NCBI GenBank assembly: GCA_963675595.2
Contig: CAXXLZ010000002.1
Coordinates: 1-64,000, forward strand
Source: Thermodesulfobacteriota bacterium
Lineage (GTDB): Bacteria > Desulfobacterota > Desulfarculia > JACQYL01
Reading direction: 5' to 3'
DNA: 64,000 nt
Part shown: piece after piece, positions 39,053 through 48,603 of the stretch
How the letters are laid out: each line of letters starts with the position of its first letter
How positions within the stretch are numbered: position 1 is the first letter of the stretch
Made by a program: the position numbers and the translations under genes
The notes under the pieces: model-generated
Seen by the model: the letters and a program-made list of their open reading frames with translations, nothing else
Database searches by the model: none
Told to the model about the DNA's origin: nothing

Positions 39053-39301
39053 TCAATTTCCCCAGAAATCCTTGGGGTCGATATCGAATCGTCTTAACAC
39101 GGCGCCGACGGTTCCCTTGCCGACTTCCGTGTTGTCACCGTGGTGTTTGATGGGGATTTGAGGTCCTTTGCCGGAACCGGGCGTCTCGGGTCTGAGCAGG
39201 ATGCGTTCGGACCCTTTGCCTCGCTTGACCATTTCGACGATTCCAAACCGCCGCAATCGTTGAACGAATTCCCGATACTTGAGCGCCTTGTTACCGGACA
39301 T
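39053..39301 (-). CDS. HicA-like toxin (GSE in place of GSH)
   Basis: Basic 82-aa protein with HicA pattern (..LRRFG....RGKGS.....IPIKH....VGKGTV.AVLR); overlaps a HicB-like gene. Confidence 0.75.
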   Translation of the reverse strand: MSGNKALKYREFVQRLRRFGIVEMVKRGKGSERILLRPETPGSGKGPQIPIKHHGDNTEVGKGTVGAVLRRFDIDPKDFWGN

Positions 39302-39671
39302 GACCTTTGGACGAGGTTTGACACATCTTGGCGGTCACCCAAGGGGGAACGAAAACGGGAGCGTGATGGGGATCGGAAAAGGACGGGTGAATCTCCGCTT
39401 TGATTTCAAATTCCTCAAGACCCTCCGTGTCGCTGAGACATCGATAGAACGCTTCCCAGACATCGCGAGGCGCGGGGCGATACAGGTACGCCAAGTTGTC
39501 GTTGCTGAAGGCGTAATCCACCGCAGCGGTGATCAACCCCTGAATCTCTTCGAGGACCTCTTGTTTGTCGGGTCCCTCCGCGACAATATCCAGTTCGAGA
39601 CAATGCGCGGTGTAGATGCCCTCTTCCTGGGAAACCAAAACATTGACGATCATGCCGTCACCCGACCGCAT
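39291..39671 (-). CDS. HicB-like antitoxin
   Basis: EEGIYTAHCLELDIVAEGPDKQEVLEEI partial RNase-H-fold pattern; acidic; upstream of the toxin. Confidence 0.75.
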   Translation of the reverse strand: MRSGDGMIVNVLVSQEEGIYTAHCLELDIVAEGPDKQEVLEEIQGLITAAVDYAFSNDNLAYLYRPAPRDVWEAFYRCLSDTEGLEEFEIKAEIHPSFSDPHHAPVFVPPWVTAKMCQTSSKGHVR

Positions 39672-40133
39672 GAATAACCTCCATAATCGCTAAAAGGATT
39701 ATGTCAAAAAATAACACAATTGTTGGGGACGTACAAGAAAGGCGGAATTCATGGAAAAGCCACTAACATGCAGTATCGGCACCGAGATTCGTTCCATCAA
39801 GTGCCTATTGCGCCGGAGGAATTCTCCACGATTCGCGGATAGAATCCGGCTATGATCGACCATAGCTCACTTCAACGGCCTCACCGTAAGAATCAACTCG
39901 TCGATGTCCTTCGCCCCCACGGGGCCTGGAGGCAACGATGATCTTAAATACCACATTTGAGAAAAAGGACTCTGAACTTCTTTAGTGTAGAAAGAAGCGC
40001 CGACGGTGAAGAAGGCCATGTCGACTTTTTCGGGGCTCGAGATTTCATCATCGGCCGACCACGGCACCCCTCACACACCCCGTCCGCCCCGCTTGCTTTG
40101 GCCCTCAATCCCTGCTAAACACCAAGGCGGCGG

Positions 40134-40362
40134 CAGGCCGTTGAAAAACGCGATCTGCGGCGTTGCACTGCATCCGTCGGCACGTGACGAAGCCGAACCA
40201 GAGAGCTTCCCTGCCGATTCAGAAGATGCAAGGAACGTTGGAAATCAGTGAAGAAACCTGTTGCTCCCTCAACCTCTCCGCCGAAGGCGGTGAGGCATTC
40301 TATAAAAGCTTTGAAGGGGACTGGGGGAAACTTTCTCGAAAGTTTCCCCCGTGAATGAAAAC
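40134..40362. repeat. Composite miniature element
   Basis: CAGGCCGTTGAAAAACGCG MITE end; GCCGATTCAG module; CCGCCGAAGGCGG hairpin; palindrome at 40323-40350; end GTGAATGAAAAC. Confidence 0.8.
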
Positions 40363-40407
40363 AATCCCCCGGCCTTTCGGCCGCAGCCTTACCATCAGCG
40401 GGGTTTC

Positions 40408-41097
40408 ATGCGTTATTACAGCGTCAATCTCGACATTCAGGACCGCACCTGCTTGGTGGTGGGAGGCGGAAACGTGGGGACCCGCAAGGTGCAGGGCCTG
40501 TTGCGGAGCGGCGCACGGGTGGTGCTGGTGTCCCCGGAGCTCACGGACGAACTGGCCGACCTGGTAAGCAGTGGCGTGATCCGGCACCAATGCCGGGAAT
40601 TTACGGAAGCCGACCTGGACGAGGCCTTTCTGGTGATCGTGGCCACGGACGATATGGACCTGAACCGGCGGGTGGCCGGTGCGGCCCTGTCCAAGCGGGT
40701 GCTGTGCAACGTGGTGGACCGGCCCGAGTTGTGCACCTTTGCGGTGCCGGCCGTGAGCGTCAAGGGCGATCTGGCCGTGGCCGTGTCCACCGGAGGCAAG
40801 AGCCCCGGTCTGGCCCGGCGTCTTCGAAAACAATTCGACGAGTTGCTTTCCCCGGCTTACGGTCCTTTCCTCGATCTGATGGGCGCTTTGAGGACCCGCC
40901 TGAAACTGCGCGGCAGCGGGTTCTACGCGGAAATGTCCAAACTCGACGCCCTGCTGGACTCTCCTTTGCTGGGCTGGATCGAGGAGAAGAATCAAGAGGC
41001 CGTGGAAACCTACGTATCCAATGTGATGGGGGAAGCTTTGACCCTGGACGAACTCGGCGTGTCGTTGGACGCACGGGAACCCGAACCATGGCGGTAG
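40408..41097 (+). CDS. Precorrin-2 dehydrogenase/sirohydrochlorin ferrochelatase (CysG N-terminal/SirC-like)
   Basis: VVGGGNVGTRK, NVVDRPELCTF, STGGKSP. Confidence 0.93.
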   Translation: MRYYSVNLDIQDRTCLVVGGGNVGTRKVQGLLRSGARVVLVSPELTDELADLVSSGVIRHQCREFTEADLDEAFLVIVATDDMDLNRRVAGAALSKRVLCNVVDRPELCTFAVPAVSVKGDLAVAVSTGGKSPGLARRLRKQFDELLSPAYGPFLDLMGALRTRLKLRGSGFYAEMSKLDALLDSPLLGWIEEKNQEAVETYVSNVMGEALTLDELGVSLDAREPEPWR

Positions 41098-41921
41098 GAT
41101 TTTTCTGGGCGGCTCTTTGCGCGTACCTGTTGGGCGCCGTGCTGTATGTTCTGTTCATCATCAAACAGCACACGCTCTTCAGCCGGGTGGGACTGGGCGC
41201 ACTGGGCGCCGGATTCGTGCTGCAGACCGTGCACCTGGTTCGGGTCTATTACGAAATCGGCTACTTTCCCGTGGTGAACCTCCCGCAATCCTTTTCCTTT
41301 TTCGCGTGGGCCCTGGTGGGCACGTTCTTCATCTTCCAGGCCCGTTTCAACCTGCGGGTCCTGGGGTCCTTTGTGGCCCCCCTGGCCGCGGTGCTGCTTA
41401 TCAGCTCGTCCCTGTTTCCCGTGGAATCCCTGCCGCAGAAGCCTTCGTACCACAGCATCTGGCTGCCCATACACGTGGTGTCCATGTTCCTGGGAAACGG
41501 AATCTTCGCGGTGGCCTTTCTGGTGGGCGTCATGTACCTGATCCAGGAACGGGCCATCAAGACCAAAAAGTTCGGGTTTTTCTTCCGCCGCCTGCCCTCT
41601 CTGGACCGGCTGGACGCTTTGAACTACGGATGCCTGGTTTCCGGTTTTCCTCTGCTGAGCCTGGGCATGATTACCGGAGCCATTTACGCGCAGGTGTCCT
41701 TGGGGGCCTACTGGCGTTGGGACCCCATGGAGGTCTGGTCACTCATCACCTGGCTGCTGTACGCGGCTTTTCTGCACCAGCGGCTCACCGTGGGGTGGCA
41801 GGGAAGGCGAGCCGCGATCATGGCCATCATCGGATTCACGATTTTGCTGTTTACCTTCCTGGGGGTGGGCACCCTGCTCACGGGGTATCATTCCTACGCC
41901 TTGCCGGGAGGACCGTCGTGA
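41088..41921 (+). CDS. ccsA: Cytochrome c biogenesis CcsA/HemX-like membrane protein
   Basis: WLPIHV, WRWDPMEVW (WWD domain), C-terminal HSY. Confidence 0.88.
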   Translation: MAVGFFWAALCAYLLGAVLYVLFIIKQHTLFSRVGLGALGAGFVLQTVHLVRVYYEIGYFPVVNLPQSFSFFAWALVGTFFIFQARFNLRVLGSFVAPLAAVLLISSSLFPVESLPQKPSYHSIWLPIHVVSMFLGNGIFAVAFLVGVMYLIQERAIKTKKFGFFFRRLPSLDRLDALNYGCLVSGFPLLSLGMITGAIYAQVSLGAYWRWDPMEVWSLITWLLYAAFLHQRLTVGWQGRRAAIMAIIGFTILLFTFLGVGTLLTGYHSYALPGGPS

Positions 41922-43216
41922 ACGTGGCGCTGGTGGGCATGAACCACAAAACCGCACCGGTGGAATTGCGGGAATGCATCGTGCCTCCGGAGGAGGGCCC
42001 GACCCAAGTCCTTGCCAGGATATCGGAGATCCACACGGTGGGGGAAGCCCTGTTCCTGAGCACCTGCAACCGGGTGGAGGCCCTGCTGGCCGCGGAGAGC
42101 CCCGAAGCCGCGGTGCGCGACGTGACGGCGTTCTTTTTGGCGCATCCGGAAGCGCGCTCCAAGGACGCGGCGGATTTCCTGTACATCCTCAACGGTCGCG
42201 AAGCGGTGTGCCACCTGTTTCGGGTGGCCGCCGGCCTGGACTCCATGGTCATCGGAGAACCCCAGATCCTCGGCCAACTCAAGGAAGCGTATCGCGTGGG
42301 CCTGGGGGGCGGATTCTGCGGAGTCATCCTCAACCGCCTGCTCCACAAGGCCTTTTCCGTGGCCAAGCGGGTGCGCACGGAAACGGGCATCGGCACGGCC
42401 GCGGTGAGCATCAGCTATGCCGCGGTGGAACTAGCCAAGAAAATTTTCGGGGATTTATCCGCCAAAAAGGTCCTGCTCATCGGCGCGGGAGAAATGGCCG
42501 AACTGGCGGTCCGGCATCTCGCGGCCAACGGGGTGCGTGAAATCCTGGTGGCCAATCGCACCTATGAACGGGCCATGGAACTGGCAAAGCAGTTCCATGG
42601 GGCGGCCGTGTCCATGCAGGAAATCGAGGAGCGTCTCAAGGAAGTGGATATGGTCATCTCCTCCACGGGCGCGCCGGGATACGTGGTGTCCCACAAGCAG
42701 GTCCACGGACTCATGCGCAGGAGAAAGAATCGCCCCCTGTTCTTCATCGACATCGCGGTGCCGCGGGACATCGATCCGCGCATCAACGACATGCCCAATA
42801 CCTACGTGTACGACATCGACGAACTCCAGGGCGTGGTGGAGCTCAACCTGCAGGAGCGAAAGCGGGAGGCGGTAAAGGCTGAGCGCATCGTGGAAGAGGA
42901 GGCGGTCAAGTTCGAACGGTGGCTGTCCACCCTGGACGCGGTGCCCACCATCAAGGAATTGTTCGAACGGGCCGAAGAAATCCGTCGGGCCGAGATTCGA
43001 AAAACGATGCCGCGCCTCGCGTCCCTGACGCCGGAACAGATTCGGGACATCGAGGCCATGAGCCACGCCATGGTGAAAAAACTGCTGCATCATCCGGTGG
43101 CGTTCCTCAAGGAACCTCGGAGACACGAAGAGAACCGACAAAGAGACCTGATTTTCGTAAGGCGGTTGTTCAATCTCGACGATCCGGACCAGGACACACT
43201 CATTGACGCTTCGTGA
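41918..43216 (+). CDS. hemA: Glutamyl-tRNA reductase
   Basis: HKTAPVELRE, STCNR, GLDSMVIGEPQILGQ, DIAVPRD. Confidence 0.97.
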   Translation: MNVALVGMNHKTAPVELRECIVPPEEGPTQVLARISEIHTVGEALFLSTCNRVEALLAAESPEAAVRDVTAFFLAHPEARSKDAADFLYILNGREAVCHLFRVAAGLDSMVIGEPQILGQLKEAYRVGLGGGFCGVILNRLLHKAFSVAKRVRTETGIGTAAVSISYAAVELAKKIFGDLSAKKVLLIGAGEMAELAVRHLAANGVREILVANRTYERAMELAKQFHGAAVSMQEIEERLKEVDMVISSTGAPGYVVSHKQVHGLMRRRKNRPLFFIDIAVPRDIDPRINDMPNTYVYDIDELQGVVELNLQERKREAVKAERIVEEEAVKFERWLSTLDAVPTIKELFERAEEIRRAEIRKTMPRLASLTPEQIRDIEAMSHAMVKKLLHHPVAFLKEPRRHEENRQRDLIFVRRLFNLDDPDQDTLIDAS

Positions 43217-43281
43217 AGGCCGATGATAAAATCCTGAAAAAGAGGAGCCAAACGTGCTCAACGCCTGAATCGAGGGTGAAT

Positions 43282-43656
43282 ATGGCGGAAGTCATTGATC
43301 TTACCAACAAGAGGGCCCGGAAAAAGCAGGTCGGGCAACGCGACAGACTGGAATCGGCGCGCCGCGTCTTCCTGTGCAGCGGCTGCCCTTCGAGGTGCGC
43401 CAAGTGCGGCACGCAACTCGAATCCCGAGAGCACGACTGCTATTCCGGCGGGGGGGATTTCTCTTTCTGCGACATTTGCGCCTCCGAGTGGGAGGTCTTC
43501 GACAAGGCCCGTCGAGGAGAAGACGTGGAGCGGCAGTACTACCATAACCAGGCGTGGTTCACTCTGTGGGAGTCCTGGCTCACTTATCGAAAGGCCTTGA
43601 CCGAGTATCGGGACTCGGAAGATTTTAAACGATTGCTGATGGAACTGGACCAGTAA
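43282..43656 (+). CDS. Cys-rich hypothetical protein (probable zinc-binding)
   Basis: CSGC..RCAKCG...CDIC; lies between hemA and tatA. Confidence 0.75.
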   Translation: MAEVIDLTNKRARKKQVGQRDRLESARRVFLCSGCPSRCAKCGTQLESREHDCYSGGGDFSFCDICASEWEVFDKARRGEDVERQYYHNQAWFTLWESWLTYRKALTEYRDSEDFKRLLMELDQ

Positions 43657-43674
43657 AGAGCGGAGGCGATATCC

Positions 43675-43878
43675 ATGTTTGGCATCGGAATGCCGGAGTT
43701 GATCATTATCCTGGTGATCATTCTGATCATTTTCGGAGCGGGGAAACTGCCCGAAATCGGGGGCGGCATCGGAAAAGGAATCAGGAATTTCAAGAAAGCG
43801 ACCAAAGAGCCCGACGAGATCGACGTGACTCCGGAGAAAAAGCGGGAAGAGCAGCAGGACGAGAACAAGAACGCCTGA
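43675..43878 (+). CDS. tatA: Twin-arginine translocase TatA/E
   Basis: [12 protein letters not shown]...[10 protein letters not shown]. Confidence 0.96.
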   Translation: MFGIGMPELIIILVIILIIFGAGKLPEIGGGIGKGIRNFKKATKEPDEIDVTPEKKREEQQDENKNA

Positions 43879-43900
43879 TTAACCGAGCGTATACGAAATT

Positions 43901-43940
43901 GGGAAATCCGCGGCCGTGCGCTGCGGATTTCGCTTTTTCC
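43901..43940 (+). terminator. Terminator after tatA
   Basis: GAAATCCGC/GCGGATTTC stem followed by a T-tract. Confidence 0.65.
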
Positions 43941-43989
43941 GCCCCCGTGCGCCTGGTGCGTGAGACGGCTCACGCACTTGAGGCGGGTT

Positions 43990-45855
43990 TCACTTCTTCT
44001 CGCGGAGGCATTCGGTCATGGCCAGGAGAAGCGCTTCCTGCAGCAACGCGGCGGTTTCAAAACGCTCCGTCGGTTTCTTGGCCAAGGCGCGACCGAAGAC
44101 CCGTCCCATGGATTCTGCAAAAGCCTCGTTGGGGTGCCGATAGGGCGTGGGGTCCTTGAAACAGATATTGTACATCATGGAAGAAGACGACGGCCCTTGG
44201 AACGGATGCTCCCCGCTCAACAACTCGTGGAGGATCACCGCCAAGGAGAACACGTCCGTGGCCGGGCTGAACGGCTCGCCGGAAAAGTGCTCCGGCGTGA
44301 AGTACGGACCGGCGCCCCGGTCCATGGTCATTGAAGGCGGCCGGATCGCGGTTTCGAAGCGATACAGGCCGAAGCCGTCGAGCTTCACCGTGAGTTCCCG
44401 GGACAGAAAGATATGGGAAGGATCCAGGGAAAGATGCAGGACACCCTCGTTATGGACCTGATCGAGAGCGCCGGCCACTCGAATTCCGATTTCCAGGCAG
44501 AGCCTGAAGGGGAGCTCCCGCCCGCTTTTTAGAAATTCCGAAAGATTCTCATCGTCGCCCGTATCCTGCACCACGTAGAAGGCGTTGTTCTCCCGACAGG
44601 TTTCGATGGTCGAAACAAGACAGGGAAATTTCAATCGACCCACGCGTTCCAGCATTTCCCAGGCCTCATCGATCATGCCGAAATCCGCGTCGGGAAAATC
44701 GTCGGGCAGGACCGCGTACCGAATCACCCGCACCTTTCGTTTCAATTCCTGGTCCGCGGCGAGAATGAGGGCTCCAGGCCCTCGCCGCTCTTCCTTCACG
44801 GGCAGGTACCGGCTCAGGAGAACCGTGGGTTCTTCGGGTTTGAGGGTGGTTCCCGTGAGGGCGAGGTGTCGCTTGAGACGGCGGGCGTCGCCGAAATCCG
44901 GGTTCAGTTTGAGCGCCTTGTCCAGGGCTTCCATGGCCTCCTGAGGCTGCTTGGATTCGAAAAAGGCCCTCGCCAGATTATAGTGCACGAAGGGATCGAA
45001 AGGATTGAGCTGCAGGGCCATTTGATAATTATGGATGGCCTTCCTGAGGTCCCCCGACTTTCGGTAGAGGATGCCGAGGGTGTTGTAGGGGTTCGTGCTC
45101 CCCGGATTGACCTGAAGGGCCATGAGAATGGCTTTTCGCGCCTCATCGAACTGGGTTCGTTCGATGAAGAGTTTCCCGCTCTTGAGCAGGTACTTCTCCG
45201 CCTCGTTGATGTCCCCTTTTTTGATATAGGCTTCACCCAAGCCGCGATAGGCCTCCGCGTACATGTGGTTGATTTCGATGGCCTTGCGAAACGCCCCGAT
45301 GGCCTCATCGAACCGACCCGCAGCCATGTAGCGATAGCCCTCGTCGTAATAATCCTCGGCCTTCAGGGGCTCGCCCACCGCCTGCTGGAAGGACTCGATG
45401 GCTTCGTCGAGTTTGCCCTCGTTGAGCAAACGGTGGCCCTTCTCTATGCGCTTCATTTTCGCGGCAAAGGACAGGCGTGCTTTGAGCAGTTGCACGGCCT
45501 TGTTTTCCATCGTGGATAAGGTGTAGGGTTTCAGGACATACCCGCTGACCCCCTCACAGATCGCCTCGATGATCTTGTTCTTCCTGTTCTCCTCCGTGAC
45601 CATGATGAAGGGAATGAGGAACAGGTTGGGATGGGACATCATTTTTTTCAGCAGGGCCATGTCTTCCGTGGAGGAAATCTCCCTTTCCGCAACCACGAGA
45701 TCGCAGCTGTGGGCTTTGAGCAGGTCCCAAGCGGATTCCAGGCTGTCCGCGGCCAGGACCTTCTTGAAACCCAAATCCTCGAACCCGGAGCGAAGCCGGT
45801 TCAACTCGGACCGAACGCGAAAGGCAAGCAAAATGGTGAAATCAAAGATGTTCAT
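43990..45855 (-). CDS. Pseudo-receiver + TPR + Ser/Thr pseudokinase fusion
   Basis: REC fold (MVT, KP) with Glu at the phospho-Asp site; about 6 TPRs; Hanks-kinase C-lobe (PE, DVFSL, GEHPF, ERF) with degenerate catalytic motifs. Confidence 0.85.
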   Translation of the reverse strand: MNIFDFTILLAFRVRSELNRLRSGFEDLGFKKVLAADSLESAWDLLKAHSCDLVVAEREISSTEDMALLKKMMSHPNLFLIPFIMVTEENRKNKIIEAICEGVSGYVLKPYTLSTMENKAVQLLKARLSFAAKMKRIEKGHRLLNEGKLDEAIESFQQAVGEPLKAEDYYDEGYRYMAAGRFDEAIGAFRKAIEINHMYAEAYRGLGEAYIKKGDINEAEKYLLKSGKLFIERTQFDEARKAILMALQVNPGSTNPYNTLGILYRKSGDLRKAIHNYQMALQLNPFDPFVHYNLARAFFESKQPQEAMEALDKALKLNPDFGDARRLKRHLALTGTTLKPEEPTVLLSRYLPVKEERRGPGALILAADQELKRKVRVIRYAVLPDDFPDADFGMIDEAWEMLERVGRLKFPCLVSTIETCRENNAFYVVQDTGDDENLSEFLKSGRELPFRLCLEIGIRVAGALDQVHNEGVLHLSLDPSHIFLSRELTVKLDGFGLYRFETAIRPPSMTMDRGAGPYFTPEHFSGEPFSPATDVFSLAVILHELLSGEHPFQGPSSSSMMYNICFKDPTPYRHPNEAFAESMGRVFGRALAKKPTERFETAALLQEALLLAMTECLREKK

Positions 45856-46105
45856 GTGCACTGCGCAAAATGGGGAGGAGGGAGGCCTGGAAATCCGACC
45901 GTGTAAACGAACCGGTCGATCCCGAATATATGACAAACTTTAGGCAAGCGCCGACGAACTGTCAACTCCAAGGATCCGGCATGTCGAAGTTTCTTCAAAA
46001 AGCCCAGGGCGGAGGATTCCATGGCGCCTCGCCTTGACTCCGAGCGACTTTCTGTTAATATGCCCGGATGTTTGCTTCTATGTCCTTATATAAACTGAGA
46101 AAATC

Positions 46106-48541
46106 ATGACAGACGACAACAAGACCAATGAAGTGCCGGAGTTTCGATCTCCCATCGAGCAGTTTTACATTCCGGAACATATTCCCATGCTCCCCTTGAG
46201 GGACGTGGTCATCTTTTCGCACATGCTTCTTCCTCTTTTCGTCGGGAGGGAAAAGTCCGTTCGGGCCCTTGAGGATTCCTACGCCGCCCACCGGCTTATT
46301 TTTCTCGTGTCTCAGAAGAAACCCACGGTCGAAGACCCCAAGCCGGAAGATCTTTATGAAATGGGAACCGTGGGAATGATCATGAAGGTGCTGCGCGTTC
46401 CCGACGGTCGTTTCAAGATGCTGGTCCAAGGCATCACCAGGGCGCGGATCACCAAGTACGTGCAAACGTCTCCCCATTTCCTGGTAAGCGTCGAAATGGT
46501 GCCCGATGATTCACCTTTGGAAACCTCGCCCGAAACGGAAGCCCTGATTCGCACCGTACGCGACCAGGCCGAAAGAATCCTCTCCCTGAGGAGCCTGCTG
46601 AATCCGGACGTATTGGCGATTCTCAACAGCATCGATGATCCTGGACAACTGGCGGACCTGATGGCGTCCAACCTGCGCATTCAGGCCGAAGAGGCTCAGG
46701 AGATTCTGGAAATCCCCAACCCGGTGGATCGCCTGTCTCGAGTGACCCGCGCTTTGAGCAAGGAACTCGAGGTTTCCACCATGCAGGCCAAGATCCAGTC
46801 CGAGGCCAAAGAAGAAATCGGCAAGATGCAGCGGGATTACTACCTCCGCGAACAACTCCGGGCCATCCAGAAGGAACTGGGAGAGCTGGACGAACGCAAC
46901 GAGGAGGTGGAGGAATACCAGACCAAGATCAAGAAATCGCGCATGCCCAAGCCGTCGGAAAAGGAGGCCCTGAAGCAACTGGAGCGACTGGACCAGATGC
47001 ATCCCGACTCCGCCGAGGCCGCCGTGATCCGAACCTATCTGGACTGGCTGGTGGAGCTTCCCTGGAAGAAAAGCACCACGGATCAACTGGATGTAAAACG
47101 CGCCAAGACCATCCTGGATGAGGACCACTACAACCTGGTGAAGATCAAGGACCGGATTCTGGAATATCTGAGCGTGCGCAAGCTGAACCCGAAAATGAAG
47201 GGCCCCATCCTTTGCTTCATCGGTCCTCCGGGTACGGGCAAGACATCGTTGGGCAAGTCCATCGCTCGGGCCATGGGAAGGAAATTCACCCGCATTTCCC
47301 TCGGCGGCGTCCGCGATGAAGCGGAAATCAGAGGCCATCGCAGAACGTATGTGGGCGCCCTCCCCGGCAGAATCATTCAGGGGATCAAACAAGCGGGTTC
47401 CAACAACCCGGTGTTCATGATCGATGAAGTGGACAAGATCGGGACGGATTTTCGGGGAGACCCCTCCTCGGCCCTTCTCGAGGTGTTGGACCCGGAACAG
47501 AACGAAGCCTTCAGCGACCATTACCTGAATCTGCCCTTCGATCTGAGCAAGGCCATGTTCATCCTCACGGGCAACATGGAAGAGTCCATCCCCCACGCGC
47601 TCCGGGACCGGATGGAGGTGCTGAGACTGGCGGGCTACACGGAAGAGGAAAAGCTGGCCATCGCTTTCGACTACCTGCTGCCGAAGCAGATCAAGGAGCA
47701 CGGGCTTACCTCGGAGTACATCCGTTTCAGCAGGGATGCGGTGAAGACCATCATCTCCTCCTATACCCGAGAAGCCGGATTGCGAAACCTCGAACGGGAA
47801 ATCGGCTCCTTGTGCCGCAAGGTCGCCCGGCGTATCGCGGAAGGAGAGTCGGGTCCTTTCCAGGTCACCCGAAGCAATGTCCACGTCTACCTGGGACCAC
47901 CCAAGAACATCGACGACATGGAGCAGGAGACGGATGAAGTGGGCGTGGCCACGGGCCTTGCATGGACGGAAACCGGTGGAGAGATTCTTTTTGTGGAGGC
48001 TTCCCTGCTTAAGGGTAAAGGCAATCTTGTGCTGACGGGACAACTCGGAGACGTGATGAAGGAATCCGCTCAAGCGGCCCTGAGCTACGCCCGATCCCGC
48101 AGTGAGCATTTCGAACTGTATCCCGAGTTCCACGAGAAACTGGATTTCCACATCCACGTACCCGCCGGCGCCATACCCAAAGATGGTCCTTCGGCCGGAG
48201 TCACCATGGCCACGGCCATGATCTCCGCCTTGACGGACAGGCCCGTGCGTAGAAACGTGGCGATGACCGGAGAAATCACCCTTCGAGGCAAGGTACTGCC
48301 CATCGGCGGACTGAAGGAGAAGTCCCTGGCCGCGGCGAGGGCGCGTATCGATACCTTGATCCTGCCGGAAAAAAACCGGAAAGACCTGGCCGAGATTCCG
48401 GGCAACATCCGCCGCAAACTGAAGTTCGTTCCCGTAAGCCACATGGACCAGATTCTCAAGATCGCGCTTGGAGAACCCGTGTCTCGAACGGACGCGCCTT
48501 CCGAACCCACGGAGCCGACGAAGCGCAAGGCCGGTTTTTAG
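46106..48541 (+). CDS. lon: ATP-dependent Lon protease (LonA)
   Basis: GPPGTGKT, DEVDK, PKDGPSAG (Ser), GGLKEK (Lys). Confidence 0.98.
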   Translation: MTDDNKTNEVPEFRSPIEQFYIPEHIPMLPLRDVVIFSHMLLPLFVGREKSVRALEDSYAAHRLIFLVSQKKPTVEDPKPEDLYEMGTVGMIMKVLRVPDGRFKMLVQGITRARITKYVQTSPHFLVSVEMVPDDSPLETSPETEALIRTVRDQAERILSLRSLLNPDVLAILNSIDDPGQLADLMASNLRIQAEEAQEILEIPNPVDRLSRVTRALSKELEVSTMQAKIQSEAKEEIGKMQRDYYLREQLRAIQKELGELDERNEEVEEYQTKIKKSRMPKPSEKEALKQLERLDQMHPDSAEAAVIRTYLDWLVELPWKKSTTDQLDVKRAKTILDEDHYNLVKIKDRILEYLSVRKLNPKMKGPILCFIGPPGTGKTSLGKSIARAMGRKFTRISLGGVRDEAEIRGHRRTYVGALPGRIIQGIKQAGSNNPVFMIDEVDKIGTDFRGDPSSALLEVLDPEQNEAFSDHYLNLPFDLSKAMFILTGNMEESIPHALRDRMEVLRLAGYTEEEKLAIAFDYLLPKQIKEHGLTSEYIRFSRDAVKTIISSYTREAGLRNLEREIGSLCRKVARRIAEGESGPFQVTRSNVHVYLGPPKNIDDMEQETDEVGVATGLAWTETGGEILFVEASLLKGKGNLVLTGQLGDVMKESAQAALSYARSRSEHFELYPEFHEKLDFHIHVPAGAIPKDGPSAGVTMATAMISALTDRPVRRNVAMTGEITLRGKVLPIGGLKEKSLAAARARIDTLILPEKNRKDLAEIPGNIRRKLKFVPVSHMDQILKIALGEPVSRTDAPSEPTEPTKRKAGF

Positions 48542-48603
48542 CCGAATCGAGGGCGGCCCTCGATAAGTCCGCGCGGGAAAACGAACCATCGGGAGAGTGA
48601 CCC

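Noticed and set aside
39867-40067. 66-aa minus-strand ORF
   Set aside because: No clear RBS or motif; cannot be supported.
40273-40282. CCTCTCCGCC as a possible attR copy of the tRNA-Ser 3' end
   Set aside because: Too short, and part of the CCGCCGAAGGCGG repeat module found elsewhere.
46511-48589. 692-aa antisense ORF, and similar shadows at 20662-22221, 23162-24583, 48958-50169, 51334-52713 and 56812-58002
   Set aside because: Antisense to well-supported genes; typical high-GC artefacts.
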